Below the pieces are notes generated by a model. It did no database searches, was not told where the DNA came from, and was given only the letters and a program-made list of their open reading frames with translations. Source: Camelus dromedarius (Eukaryota). From it: 64,000 nucleotides of DNA. Location: assembly GCF_036321535.1 (NCBI RefSeq), contig NC_087437.1, positions 53,694,001 to 53,758,000 of the forward strand, in the 5' to 3' direction. Position 1 is the stretch's first letter. Each line of letters starts with the position of its first letter. Shown here piece after piece: positions 39,380-53,124 of this stretch. The position numbers and the translations under genes were made by a program.

Positions 39380-40720
39380 ATTTCAACAGGTATTTCATTC
39401 TCTTATTCACCTGATGTTTACTGGGTGCCTGACATTGCTCCAGGCACTAGAATATAAAGCTAAACAAACAGATAAATAATTATGTAACAGTTATTTTATC
39501 ACCAGTTAGTGATACGTATTAAGAAGAAAACAAATAAGTGGTAAAGAAATAGAGGGTAATAGGCTGGTTCATGGAAAGCCAGGCAGAGGAGGTGACATGC
39601 AGAAAAATGTAAACAGAGCCAGCCGAGTGAGCGTCCAGGGGAAGCGTGTGGGTAAAGGGAACTGCAAGGGCAAAAGTGGAAAGAACCTGATGTGCCTGGA
39701 GAAGTGAGAAGGTCAGTATGATACAAGCAGAGGAGGGAGGCCGAGAGTAGCAGGAGGTGAGATGAAGGTGTGGTAAGAAAGTTGGATTTTACTCTGAGAG
39801 TGGTGGAAATCCATCGGAGAGTTTAAGCAGGGAGTGATATGACTTAATTTACATTTTGAAATGACTGCTTTGGCTGCCGGGTAGAAAATTGATTCAAAGG
39901 GGACAAAAGCAGAAGCAGGGTGGTAAAACAGAAAACTATGGCAAAAACCCTGGCCAGAAATGGGATGGCTTTGGACTGGGTGAGACGGTGGAGACTGTGA
40001 GAAGTGGTCAAATTCAGAGTGTATTTTGAAGATAGACCCCACAGGACATGTCGATGTATTGGATGTGGGGAATGAGGGAAAAAGGTGTTCACGATGACTC
40101 CTGGTTTGGGCTTAGCTGGTAGTGGGGTGGGGGAGATCAGAGTAGTCAGGGGGAAGGACACATCTCAAGTTCTGTTGGGGTGCATGAACTCTCAGATGCT
40201 TGTTACACACCCAAGTGGACATGTCCAGTGGACAGATGGCACATAAATCTTGGATAGATTAGGGCTGGAGGTATACATGGAGGAGTCCTCATAGAATAAA
40301 TGGAACTGAATGAGATTACATAAGGAGTGAGGCTAGAAGAAAAGAGGTCTGAGGACTAAACTCTGAGGCACTCAGTATTTAGACAGCTGGGAGGCAGATG
40401 GGGCCAGCAAAGGAAACTGAGCAGGAATGGACAGTGATGTAGAAGGGAAATCAGAGAGTTTAGAGTCCCAGAAGCCAATTTTTAAAAGTAGTTAAAAATG
40501 GAAAGAAAGAAACTGCCCCCTACACCCCAAATGATATTGAGACGTCAAGTAAAATGTGAATTGACCACTGGATTTTCCAAGAAGGGAGTTATTGATGACT
40601 TTGGCAAGGATGATCTTAGTAGAGGTGATGGGATGGAAGCTTGGTTGGGAAGGATTGAGTTAAGACCAGGAAGGGGAGACATAGAGATTTTGAGTGAAGA
40701 CATTTAAGAAGTTTTTAAGA
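39380..40720 (-). mobile_element. L2 LINE fragment
   Basis: Classic antisense L2 text (gttggattttactctgag...tttaagcagggagtgatatga...tgagaagtggtcaaattcagagtgtattttgaag). Confidence 0.85.
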
Positions 40721-41289
40721 AATATAATCCATGCTTATAAAAAATTGAACTTACTAAAGATTAATTAATATTTCAGAGGGCTTCTGTGTCTTTTGAATTT
40801 ATATCTGCTACCAATACAAGGAGGCTAAAAAAAGTTAAAAAAATGCCTCCATGGTTTGCTGGCAGGAAAATCATAGAAAATTTTTAAATAAATCTTCTCT
40901 TTTTCATATAAGTGACTTAAAAGTTAACTAGAAACACGAAACTACCCTAGATATGCATCACTAGAAGACAGAGTACTAACCAGATACATGACATCATCTG
41001 CTCTGGTTGCCATGGCGATGGCTTAGTTCAGGAGGGTGCACCAATCAATGGCTGTGATTTTGCACACATTCTCCTTTAAAACACAAATTTAATAACCTTA
41101 TAGATTTGTTTCATCTTGTTTTTTCATTCTTAATTTCTCTTTGACCACATTTTCTCACCTATTTAATATAACTTCTAAATTATTTGTTGAATTACTTATT
41201 TTTAAAAACTACTTCTTCTTTTTTTTTTTTTTTTTTTTTTGGAATAAGGGAAGTAATAATTTCCTAGCTGACCCATGTAGTTATTGAAA

Positions 41290-42110
41290 TGTTTGTGACA
41301 CTTCCCTAAGGAGGGAGGGAGCACCTTTGGAACACAAGGTGAGAGGAAGGCGTAAATGACCCCCCCTGCTGGCAGCACCACTGAATGACATACCTCAGCC
41401 CTGGGAGGAAATCTGCAGCCTGCAGAATTTTGGTCCTGCAGACAGAACATATCAGGCCCAACAGACATCTCCTGGGGTTGGCTATGGAGCAAAGGTGGGA
41501 GATAAAAGGGAAAGACTCGGCTGTGGCCCAGCCAGCTGTGGAAACCATTGGGCATATTGTCAGGTTTTTCTTAGCATCCCTCCATCCCCTCTTTGGTAGC
41601 AGCCATGCTGTTTGAGCAGGACTGACACCTCTTACCTCCCAGAGGTGGGCCATAATTGGCCCAGACCAGCGGTGTAATTTCAGCTCCTTTGCACAGTGAC
41701 TGGACCAGGTATGGGTGATTGCCTTAGTTGGTCTCATCAAAGGCATGGCCAGGACTGTTACTCTAAGATGGGGAAAAGAAGCTTTTCTTCTTCCCCTGGA
41801 TGTGAAAAAAGAAGCCTATATTGTCTGGTTCACGCAGGCATCCATCTTGCAACTACCAGGGCAGCCGGACTTAGCTTAAGTTTCTACCCCAAAAGACAGA
41901 ACAGAAAAATTAAAGGAAAAAACAAAACAAAGCAAAACAAAACAAAACAACATGGATTTCAATGATTTTGTTGAGCCACTTGGTCAAGCCTTCTTGAAAT
42001 TCAACCTAACCCTGGCTGAGGGTACCTAAAAGGTTGACTTTTAAGTAAATTCCTTCAATTGTTCATAGTATATTGAGTTAGAATTTCTATCACTTGAAAC
42101 ATAATGTAGA
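41290..42110. mobile_element. Old MaLR LTR (MLT1J/K-like)
   Basis: ccataattggcccagacc...ggcatccatcttgcaactacc...ttgagccacttggtcaagcc...gagttagaatttctatcacttgaaac. Confidence 0.5.
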
Positions 42111-42823
42111 AGCCACTATAAATCTATCCCCCCAGCCTTGCCTTGCCTCCAAAAGAACGAAAGATTGACTCTAGAAGCAGAGGCAGGGCTGAATGTACAG
42201 CTGGTTGGTAATAGGGGCCCAGCTACATGACACAGACTGCAAGTCACCTGCAGAGAGATGTGTCTGGAAACCATGAAAGGCAAAGTTCCCAGAGTTTAGA
42301 GGGGGCGGGAAGGAGTTCTCAGAAAGCCCAGCTGACATCAGAAAGGGACTGACTGTACTCGCTGGAAGAGGACAAGGCAAGGAGAGTTCACCCAGGTCTC
42401 TCTCTTCCTCTTCCACCCTCCAGAGCCCTCAGTCCACTATAGAGGACAGGAAAGCTGTGGGTCGAGACAATGGGGGCAGATATGTCAAACTCCAACCCCT
42501 CAGCTGCATCTGCCTGTCTATCTGAGCAGAACGCCAACATCAGGTGGACTCAGGAAACGATATGGGAAGAAGTGGACAAAGGAGGTGACATCACTGGGTC
42601 CAACTTAAGGAGTTGGAGTAGCCTGGTGTTACTCTTCCCTCCAAGCCTCTTCCTGCTTCCTCAGAAAGCATCCCTGATCCTGCTGCTGAGGCTTTTTCAG
42701 AACTTAGGGCTCAGCAAACTATTGTATGCCCTTCAACTCCCTCTTCAGCCTCTTCTACCCTGTACAGCATTTCTCATCCTCGTGTCTTTCATTTTCCTTC
42801 AATCCCCTCTCTTTCCAGGACTG

Positions 42824-42825
<2 letters not shown>

Positions 42826-42855
<30 letters not shown>

Positions 42856-42940
42856 AAGTGGAGGTACTGGGGACTGAACCCAGGACCTTGTGCATGCTAA
42901 GTGTGTGCCCTATCACTGAGCTATTTCCCTCCCTCTCCCC
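42826..42940 (-). mobile_element. Camelid-type tRNA-derived SINE with (CT)n tail
   Basis: ggaggtactggggactgaacccaggaccttgtgcatgctaag...ctgagctatttccctccc. Confidence 0.85.
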
Positions 42941-44239
42941 AGAATTGTCTTCGTTTTGTGAAAAGAGTGTTGTGCTCAGATCTAGGTCTGAATCCTAGTT
43001 CTGCCTCGTAGGAGCTCAGTGACTTTGGTTAGTCAGTTTACCTGTCACGACGCTAGTTTCCTCATTTAAAGAAAAACTGGGGGAAGGGAGAGACAATCAA
43101 AGGGACGGTGTGAGCTTGGAGGTCATGCTCAGAAAGTGAAGAGTCTGGATCTGGTTGAGCTCTCCAGTGTTTCTTGGAAACACCATCAATCATCCTGAAG
43201 TAAATATATCCTTGCTTCCAAATTGCTGCTGTATTTCTGAGCAAAACGACTGTTTTCTCTGGGCTGAGTCTTTGTGTGCATGGTGTGCCTCTCCAGATTA
43301 GTGTTCATCATGACTTTTTATTATATGCGTCTGTTTCAGCCACCCTGAAGGATGACTGTTTCTTCCCCCATCACTCAGGGACCTTCATAACTTTTATATA
43401 TACCACATAGCCTCGAATTTAGATCAGACTCTTTCAAACATACCATCCAAGATTGCTGAAAATCTGTCCACTTAGATTTGAATTCTGTAGTTACAGATAG
43501 AATCTTAATTTTGTTTTTAGAGATAGAGAATATGGCTGAACCAGTTACTTCAGTTACAGAGCATGCTGAATGTATCTCAAACAGCGCTCAGTTTGGAAGC
43601 CACTGGAAAATGTGAGCCCCTGAGGAGGCTCCTTAATAACCCAGTGCTCATTTTTTTCATTAAGAGAGTATTACAAAGGGCCAACTCCCAGCTCTGCAGA
43701 GCCTCCCCAGAGGGGAAGAGCACAGAGCCATCCTCGGTCCAGAGCATTTCAGAGAGAACAGAGGGACAGAGTGGGTGATAATGTCTACACTGCTTCGCTT
43801 GCCTGAGCTGTAGGCATTTCTGAGGGTCCTTGTCTCAGAACTCAGAGAGCTTGTTGGTGAAGTGCGGCCCGGGAGGTCAGTCACAGCCCCAGGGAAGCCT
43901 TCCTGGGTTTGTTTGGAACATGTTGTTGAGGATGGTGCCTTTCACGCACCTCTCAGTGGCTCTCTAATGAAGACCCACAGGAGAGGTTTTGCTTAGGCCT
44001 CAGCATCAGGAACGGTGCTCTGCCTGAACATCTTGTTTGCTTTTGCTGTACAGACACTGAGAACCTTCTCATTCTTCCTGTTTCCTTTTTCATGCTGGTG
44101 GCTGCAAACATCGGGCCAGATTTGTAGCCACTCCTGTAACACATGTGTGGGAATACATGGGATTCACTGGTGCACTGTCCAGTCCTGGACCCATCTTACA
44201 GTTTACTCCTCTTCATCCTCTGTTTTGGTTTTACTGATT

Positions 44240-45400
44240 TAAAAAAATTGTTAGTATGAAATTGCCAAACATACTTAAAAGTAGAGAGAATAGTACAAAA
44301 AGCCTCCACATATCCATCCTCCAGACTACAGTTACTAAGATTTTGCCACATATGCATTATTGCTTCCTTTATTTTTTGTTCATGCCTGGAGAATTTTGAA
44401 GCAAGTCCTAAGTCACAGGTCATTTCATTCTTACATACTTCAGTATGCATCTCTAAACATTTTGGGCAGGTTCCTAAAAATCCACCATGACGTTATCACA
44501 CCTAACAAAATTACCAAGAATTCCTTAGAATCATCTAACTCAGTCCATAATCAAATTTCTCATGTTATCTTACATACACTTTTCAACATAGTCTGTTTAA
44601 TTCAATCAGTATCCAAAGCAGGTCCACACATCACATTCGGCTGTACATCTCCATTCTCTTTTAATTTATGAGAGTTCCCCCTCCCTTATTTTTCCTTTGC
44701 CATTTATTTATTTGGGGGAAAAAAACACGTCTTGCAAAATTTCCCACATTTTAGACTTTGCTGGTAGCATCCTTGTGGTAATGTCTGAGATATGCACCAC
44801 ACCCTGCATTTCCTCTAGGTTACCTACAGGCCTGATCAGCTTCAGATATACATTTTTTGACATGATATCTGATGACTAATGTTGCATAATTCCTCTAGCG
44901 TTCTATCAACAGGCACATAACACTTGGCTGTCTTTCTTTTCATGATTGATCCACCCTGTTCCCTTTTCCCCCAACAGGCAAGAACTTTCTTTGTTGTTTT
45001 GTTTATTTTTCCATTTACTTTTAATATATGCAAATATATATCTCTCATCCTTAGATCAAAGGTAGTCATCTCTATACACAGTTCTGCCCTTTGGTTGTTT
45101 TTTTTTTTTTTCCTTTTTTAAGTCAAGAGAATATCCAGGAGATGATCGTAACAGTTTATAGAGACAATCCTCACTCCTTTGCTCAGCTCCATAGTTCTCC
45201 AGAGGGTGGATATTTCATTTTTATTCATCTAGTTCCCTCCTGGTAAGTATTTACGTTGTTTTCAATCTTTAGCTACTACAAATAACATTGTAATGAATAA
45301 CTTTTTGTGTACAACATTTTCTATTTTGGCCAGTATATTTTAGGCACAGATTTCCAAACATGGGATTGCTAAGTTGAAAGGCAATGCATATATTATTCTA
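44240..45400 (-). mobile_element. Old L1ME/L1MC-like 3' fragments
   Basis: aaagtagagagaatagtaca...tacttcagtatgcatctctaa...tgggattgctaagttgaaagg. Confidence 0.55.
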
Positions 45401-48400
45401 TTATTTATTTTTAGCTTTTTTAAAATATAGAACATACTGTTATATTTTGTGCATCTCTGAAAGCAATTTTAAACTCTTATAAGAAGGTTGGGGGCATAAA
45501 TTAATTTTTATTTTTATTATTATAATAATGCTTTTTGAGGCAGTAAATACAATGATGATTGAATGTATACCTATCACTTATAGACATAAGACTCTGTTGT
45601 GAAAATTAATATTAATCAGAGAGTATCCATATACTTCCTTTTCCCCTTTGTCCACCAAAGCCAACATCACACTTGCCAGGTCAGCCTTTCCCTGCTCCCT
45701 CAGGCTTTCCTCATCCCTGGCACTCTAAACTTGTCATTGCCAGCCCAGTTTCTAGACTTTTGTGAGGATGGGTCAAGAAGGATTTTACAGCAGAGAGAAA
45801 TGACCTAGGGAGACAGGTAGATGGATGGGGGGCAAATGAGAGGTGCTAGGGGGAACAGAAGGTTAAGAAGTGCAAGGCAAGAAAGGTAGGCATATGAGAA
45901 ATGTTGCTACCTCTTATGAATTTGATCATTTTGTCTCCTTTCAGAAAAGTAAGTGCATGAAATTCTTCTACAATTACTTATTTGGCTCTTGGAGTATGCA
46001 GCATGCCCTGTAGGGGTGGACCTGTGTGGATTATAGCACCAAGTCTTTTCAATGTAAACACCTAATGCATTTACAGATAACACTGGATTGAGATTTAAGT
46101 CAGCTGTCAGTGTGAAATCAGTTACGTATGAATTAATATATAGGTACCAGCTTATGTACTAACTGAAACCCATCCACAGACTTGCAACGTAGGTATGTCT
46201 CTAATTATGAGCAGACCTATAAAGCAAGGCTGGGTCATACCAGTTACCAGATGTCCACCTGCATCCTAATGCTTGAATCCAGGTCTTCTGTATGAATGAT
46301 TGGCAAATTTTCTAAAGAAGAAGAAAAAACATAGCAATAGGGAAAAAAAAAAAAAAAAAAAAAAAAGCCTGGCTCTAAGCACAGCGAATGTATTAGCTAA
46401 TAGAATAGAGACCAAAACACTGGTAAGTGTGGCTGTCATCTAACCAGAGGTCAGGTTGCCCATGATCAATGGCCAGGCGGCCACGAAGCAGCCACATGTC
46501 CCCTGCACAGGATTCTTTCATGGGAAAGGAGCCTCTGGGCCTGTCCCTGATGGCCTTGAGGGCTGACTGGGACCCGTTCCCTGAGGGTAGTGCTCTGTAA
46601 TCCTCTATTTAGTTGATCTCCATCTGTGGAAAACCTAGGGCCTGAATTCAGGATTCTTTCCTCCAGAGAGTTTTTAAACTTTGCTTTGCAGGAGACTGTG
46701 GGAGTTAGTTACAGATCTGTGATTACTTTAGCCTCTCTCCCTGTCCCAGGCTGCATCTGGGTTAATTCTGCTTTCCTTCTGTTCAGAGCTTAGCTCTGGA
46801 CTATTGTCCTGACACTTACCTTGGAGGAAAATCTCCCTTTTTCTGCCTGCCACTAGTTCCAGCTCAAGGTTTTAAAAGCAAATGTAAAATTTCCATATAT
46901 TCATGCTCATAAGCACCCAGTAAGGTAGGGACCATTATCCCCACACACCCCCTCCCCCAGATCAGCCAAATGATGAAACAAGGCTTTAGAGGATATAAAG
47001 TTACACTCCTAGTAAGTGGCAGAGCCCTGGTTCCATCCTTGTCTGTTTGACTACAAAGTGCAAGCTCTTAACCTCTGTGCTTCCTGCCAACTCCTCCCAG
47101 GAGGAGGCAGACTATGACTTCGGCGTTCAAATGGCCACTCTGTTGTTTCTCCTCATTTCAATCCATCCTTTATGCTGTCAACCAGCTGTTCCCTTTAAAA
47201 CATGGCTGTCCAAGATAGCATCAATCTAATACCCTTGATACGCCTTTTTCCGCCTTCCCACCAAACTTGTGTGCAAAAACACACAAAGGACACAACTGCT
47301 ACAGCACTGAGAATTACGGATGGCGACAGACCATTTGCTGGTGTCTGAGAAATTTCCCACTGAGATGCTGAGGGGCTTAAAATGACAAGCTTTTCCCTTC
47401 AACCTGTGAAACAGAAGCACAAGACTAGTCAGGATGATGCCCTGCAAAGCAGACTTGACAGTCCCCTCCCCCAGTTCCTCTCTCCCGGCCATGCCCACCC
47501 TTCATCTTTAAGTCACCACGCCCGCTGGACACAGCAATTCCCTCGGTGGGAGGAAAACAGAGGAAGAGTCTGTGTTAGTTTCTTCCTGGCACAAGATAAA
47601 AAACCAGCCAGGCAGAGAATTAGAGCCTCGGGGGCAGTGTACTCAGAGGCTTGGTTTCCTGAGACAGCACCACCCTACTCCTTCCTTCCCCTACATGCCT
47701 TTGTTGTGTTGATAGAAGTAATGAATATGGAGAAGTGGAAAAAAATTGGGCGTAGGGAAGGAACTCCAGAGATTTAGGCAGGAGTTGAGGGGATAAATTA
47801 CCAGGTTTTGTTGAGGGAGGCACTCAGGAGAGCCAGTAAGGGCAAGGTTTCTGTGTTGCTTTGGATAAAGAAGAAACAGATTTTAGAGGGATATGCTATG
47901 GCAAATGGGAAATAGATGGATGAAAAGAAAGTTCAGGACACGTTGCTTTGTGTTACACAATGTAACACCCCATCTGGCACCTCTCTGAGAAATGTCAAGG
48001 AAAACAGAAATTATTTTTCAATGCCTTTTTGGATTGTGTTTCTTTTTGTTGTGGCGATGTGTAATGAATGCCCAGAAGGTGGTTCAAAGCTGTCTCCTCC
48101 TCATAGTCATACAAATGGGCGATGGGGGAACTGAAACATTCCTTCTCATTTTGAGTGAGTCACTCGTGATGCACATCTCCAGGACAGTCACCCGCTCCAG
48201 GCTGTGACCTGAGTGAGGGGAACCCCGGCAGGCAGGCAGTGAGGAGGGCATCTGTGCCACCTGTCTGCTGGAAAACACTGAGCCTTCCGGATCTTCTTTC
48301 AAATTTGAGCAAACAGGAAAACAAGCAAACAAAGCCAAATCAAGCCAAATAAAAATAAAAACCCAATCCAGATGGAAATTATAAAAACAAGCCACAAAAG

Positions 48401-48965
48401 AGCATAGAAATACTCTAGAGTTGCAAAGGAAGTACAAATTTAAAAGAAGTTACTTTAGGAAGTAAAAGCATGCTTTAGAGTAGTCCGCCTTCCTTCCTCT
48501 TTCTCTAACTCTGTTTCTTTCTTCCTGTGGCTCCCTTGTTTCTCCCAATCTTTCACTATTCCATCCTCTTTCTCTTTTCTTCTCCTGCCCCCAACCCCGC
48601 ACATGCCCTCCCTCCCTTCCTTTCTCCCTCTGCACCTAATTTCCCCTGTTTTCCTGTTCTCCCTTACAGTTTATGTAGTCCCTGCTACGGATCACATGGC
48701 GGACATCTTTAAATCTTCCACTCATTCTCCATCCTGTGTCATGAAGGGAGCGTGGGGGGGTCTGAAGTTTCAGGTCCTCTCAGTTCCTAAGCCACCTCAG
48801 GTTGTGGCGGAGGGCAGGGGGTATCTATCTTCCTGTGGCTGCCTCTTTTGCAGCGTTTATGTCTTACATCACATTCCCTCAGCTCTATGTCCACTTGTTG
48901 AGGCTTGATGAGGAAAGCAGGATGCGCCAGGTGTGTAGCAGTGGTGATGCCCTATGTAGGGCCTA

Positions 48966-49360
48966 AGGGTTTCTTAGATTGAGTTTCCTGGAAACAGGCT
49001 CAGAGATGGAGAGTTGCTTGCAAAGATTACTGGGAAATGCTCTTGGGAGTTAACACCTGTAGGGAGGTGAGGAATCCAGGACTGGATAGACAAGAAAGAA
49101 ACATGTGGTATGGTTGCAACTGAGTCTCAGTCTATCTTATGGGGGCCTTTGGAAGGGAGATAGCCCTTCAGAGGTGTCTCTAATCAGGCCGGGGTTGGGG
49201 TGGACAGGCCTTTGGATGCTTGAATCAGCTAGTCATTGGCCTTTGGGAGCCTACCATGTGGGCTATTTCCAGTGAACCATCAGCATTTGCAATATTCCTA
49301 GCTGAGGGATGGGGGCATCTACAGAGAGGAGAGAATCTGGGTGGAGATCTGGAGTGTCTA
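48966..49360. mobile_element. ERVL LTR (LTR16/LTR33-like)
   Basis: gtttcttagattgagtttcctggaaacaggctcagagatggagagttgcttgc...gctcttgggagttaacacctg. Confidence 0.55.
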
Positions 49361-49414
49361 CGGGGGTTTTGGAGAGGGAAATTTTGCCTTTGCCAAAGCT
49401 ATAGACGCTCAGAA

Positions 49415-49415
<1 letters not shown>

Positions 49416-49452
<37 letters not shown>

Positions 49453-49463
49453 TTATATATATA
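49416..49463. repeat. (TG)n microsatellite followed by (TA)n
   Basis: Direct inspection. Confidence 0.95.
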
Positions 49464-49503
49464 TAAAGCTACGTTCTATTTTCCCAATGAATAGATAATG
49501 CTA

Positions 49504-50314
49504 TAATCAAAACCACAATGAGAAATGCAAATCAAGATCACCTCACACCACTCAGAATGGCTATCAAAAAAGTCTACAAATAATAAGTGCTGGAGAGGGC
49601 ATGGAGAAAAGAGAACCCTCCTACACTTTAGGTTGGAATGTAAATTGGTGCAGCCACTATGGAGAACAGTATTGAGTCTCTTTAAAAAACTAGAAATAGA
49701 GTTACCATGCCATCCAGTAATCCCACTACTGAGCATAATTAATTTAAAGATACATGAGCCCCAATGTTCATAGCAGCACTTCACAATGGTCAAGACATGG
49801 AAGGAACCTAAGTGTCTATCAACAGATGACTGGATAAAGAAAATGTGGTATATATATACAATGGAATATTACTCAGCATAAAAAAGAATGAAATAATGCC
49901 ATTTTCAGCAACATGGATGGACCTAGAGATCATCATAGTAAGTGAAGTCAAAGACAAATATCACATGATATCACTTACTGTGGAATCTAAAAAAAATGAT
50001 ACAAATAAACTTATTTACAAAACAGAAAGAGATCCCCAGACATAGAAAGCAAATTTATGGTTACCAAAGGGGAGAGGGGTGGGGGGAGGGATAAATTAGG
50101 AGTTTGGGATTAACAGATACACACAGCTATATATAAAATAGACAAAAGACAGAGACCTACTGTATAGCACAGGGAAGTACATTCAATATCTTATAATAAC
50201 CTATAGTGGAAAAGAATCTGAAAAAGAATTTATATATGAAGGAATCACTTTGCTGTATACCTGAAACTAATACAGCATTGTAAAGCAATTATAGTTCAAT
50301 TTAATAAAAAAAAA
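49504..50314 (+). mobile_element. L1 3' end (ORF2 C-terminus plus 3' UTR)
   Basis: ORF 49525-49773 reads [14 protein letters not shown]...[11 protein letters not shown], followed by 3' UTR and an A tail. Confidence 0.92.
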
Positions 50315-50504
50315 GGTGGAGTGTATTTCCCAACTTCTTAACTCTGGCCCTGTGATTGATTTGACCAACAGCATATGAAAGCAGTGATGTTCTGGGATTT
50401 CTGACCCCAGGCTTAAGGGTTCTGGAAGCTCCCATTTCCTTTCTCTTGGAATGCTCCTTCTTGGAAACCGTCCACCATGCAGCCTGGAAGCCTAAGCAGC
50501 TGAG

Positions 50505-51265
50505 GAATACCATAATAGAGAGGAAAGCATTCTGGAAGTCCAGAGATGACAGAAGCATTGTGAAGAAGGAAGGCAAACCCATACCCACAGTCACTGCCTA
50601 TTCCAGTGAGAACAAAGTTCTGTGCCTTCCCTGATGGAAACGGTCCAATGTAATCAAACTGCCACCAGGTGGTGGGCTGGTTCCCCATGGAATCGTGTCC
50701 CAGTCAAGGGTTCAGTGCTGATCTCTGCTACTGTCATTCGGACACTCAGCAGTGAACTTGGAGAATACCTTCTTTACCACTGTGGTATTCTGTATAGCAT
50801 TGCTTCTGACCAGGAACTGATTTTAAAGAAAATGAAATCTGACAATGGGTTCAAACTTATGGAATTCCTTTGTCTTACTGTATCTCCCATTACCCTGAAG
50901 CAGCTGGGCTGACTGAACAGTGGGATGGGCTTTGGAAGACTCAGTTACAGAACCACCTAGGTGAACTGGCACCTCGCAGGCCTGGGGTATCCCGGCATAT
51001 ACCCTGAATTAGCAACCATGGTTTGGTGCTGTTTTCCTCAGCTCCAAGAATTAAGGAGTGGGAAAGCTCGCTCAAAATTACCCCTGATGATATATTAGTG
51101 ATTTTTGTTTGTTTATTTTTTGGTTTATTTTTTGCTTCCTATCCCCCACAACTTTGAACTTTGCTGGTTTAGAGGTCTTGATCCCTAAGGGAAGGATGTT
51201 GCCACCAAGGAAGAAAACAATGGTTTCATTAAATTGGAAGTTGAGACCACTACCTGGGCTCTTTA
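50505..51265. mobile_element. ERVL integrase/dUTPase-region remnant in two opposite orientations
   Basis: Minus strand 50505-50755: QPTTWWQFDYIGPFPSGKAQNFVLTGI...GYGFAF. Plus strand 50755-51265: YHCGILYSIASDQ and GLEVLIPKGRMLPP...LNWKLR. Confidence 0.85.
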
Positions 51266-51955
51266 TATCAGATTATGGAGGGGCTTACGATTTGGATTCA
51301 GCAAAGGTAGGGCATTCTGGGAAGGGAAATGCTTTGTTGTGGTACTGTCAGGTACATTTAGATCCTTGGTCTCCAAGCACTGAGTGCTGGCAGAAACTTC
51401 CAGTCATTGATGCAACCCTCAAACATACCTCTCCTCCTTCTCAAATGCCTTTTAGGGACATGGAATTGTCCCTAGGTGAGAATCACTTGTCATTAGTGCA
51501 TCATTTCGAAAGTGACAATGTTTGTTTTTGTAACTTTTTGATAAGCAATAATAGAATAATAAGCTTCATAAAATATTTCTTACTGAGACAAATAACACAT
51601 TAGTGACATGGTTTTTCTTTCTTTTCTCTCTTTTTCTCCCCACTACTCTGTTTTCTAGTTGGGGATTGTTTTAAACCATTTTATGGATTTAAATTATGAT
51701 CACAGACTTTAAGAAATTGGCCAACATGAGGCCATTGGCTTTAAAGACGTCTAAATTGTGGATTTCATGGTATCAGGGTTCAGTTGATAGAGAGCAAGTT
51801 GCAACACCATAGGATTATCTGTCTTGATGGAAATATTATTTTATTAGAGAAAACATTCTGCTATACAGAAGGATGTATTACATTGCTCTCTGCATAGTAA
51901 GCTCAGATTCTAAATTAAACTTAATTTGTGCCAGTGGGAATTGCATCAGCTGGTT

Positions 51956-51998
51956 ACACACACACACACACACACACACACATGCAAACACACACACA
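51956..51998. repeat. Interrupted (CA)n microsatellite
   Basis: Direct inspection. Confidence 0.95.
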
Positions 51999-53124
51999 AC
52001 TCTGGTAAGTCTTACCTTTTATGTTCTTGTTTTTCATCATAATGTTTATTGTAGCAACAACTGCAAAATACTTCCAGAGGATTTGTTCCTGGTGTTGGGT
52101 AATACACCTTGATTCCAAGGCAAGTTCTATAAGCTTCTCTCAGCTTCACATGCTTTCTGGAAGTGTCCTTAGCTTCCATTCTCTCCTTGACCTGTGGCTG
52201 CAATGAGAGACAGCTCCCATCACACCTCTGAAGCTGGTTAAGTCAGTTTACTTCTCCGGGTATTGACTACTTTAATTTAGAGGCAAGAATACTGACTTGA
52301 AGGATAAAAAGTTTAACGCATTTAAAAAATCTTTTCTGGTGTTAATGTTCAGTGGCCTTTATTTGATTTCTGTCTTTCTTACTGTGTCCAGTTCAAAGCT
52401 AGTGGAGTGACACCTCCTCAGAGATCTTCAACAATGTAGCAGCTCCCAAGGAGACAGACCCTGACTCCAGGCACTACCTGCAGTGCTTCATTAGAAGCTT
52501 CCCTCTTCCGTCCTACCTCCTGCCCTCCAAAGATTCAGGTGTCTAAGTATAAAGCTCTTCGAATTCATATGTGGCTATAGCCAGAGGGGACTTTAGCCTT
52601 GCCATATACCCTAATTCTTCATTGAACAGACGAACAGAGGCCAAGAACAGTGATAGCCCTGAGTCACAAAGCCAGCCAGAAGCAGAGCTGGGATATATAT
52701 TTATATCTCCTGCCTTGTGGTTCTTTGCTTCCTCCACTGAACCAGGGTGCCTGTCATCAAAAAGATTATGGCTTCACAGGAATGGTGGACCTAGAGATGG
52801 CTTTAGACACTGTATTTCCTTTGGTAATATTTCAAGCTGAATTTCTGTTTCAGCTCCGAAATCTTTACACTGGGCACCAGCGGTCTGTGGATACTTGCTC
52901 CATTAAGCTCGGCAGCAGAGGTGGCATCCACATTGCTAACAGGGAGACTGGCAGGCTAAATACACGTCCCTCCTCCTCCCGGGGCTGTGGCCTCAGGGTG
53001 GCCTAGTGAACCCCTGCTGAAAGGATACAAATTTCAGTTCTCTGAGTCTGGAAGGGCCATATGCAGTGATGAGAAGGAAGAAAGACACCTTTACTTAGCA
53101 AGTGCTTTAAGGTTCCATGCTGGG

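Noticed and set aside
52905..52930. CTCF-like motif GCAGAGGTGGCA (similar partial matches near 26585 and 56607)
   Set aside because: Only the 3' half of the consensus matches, which is not distinguishable from chance without ChIP data.
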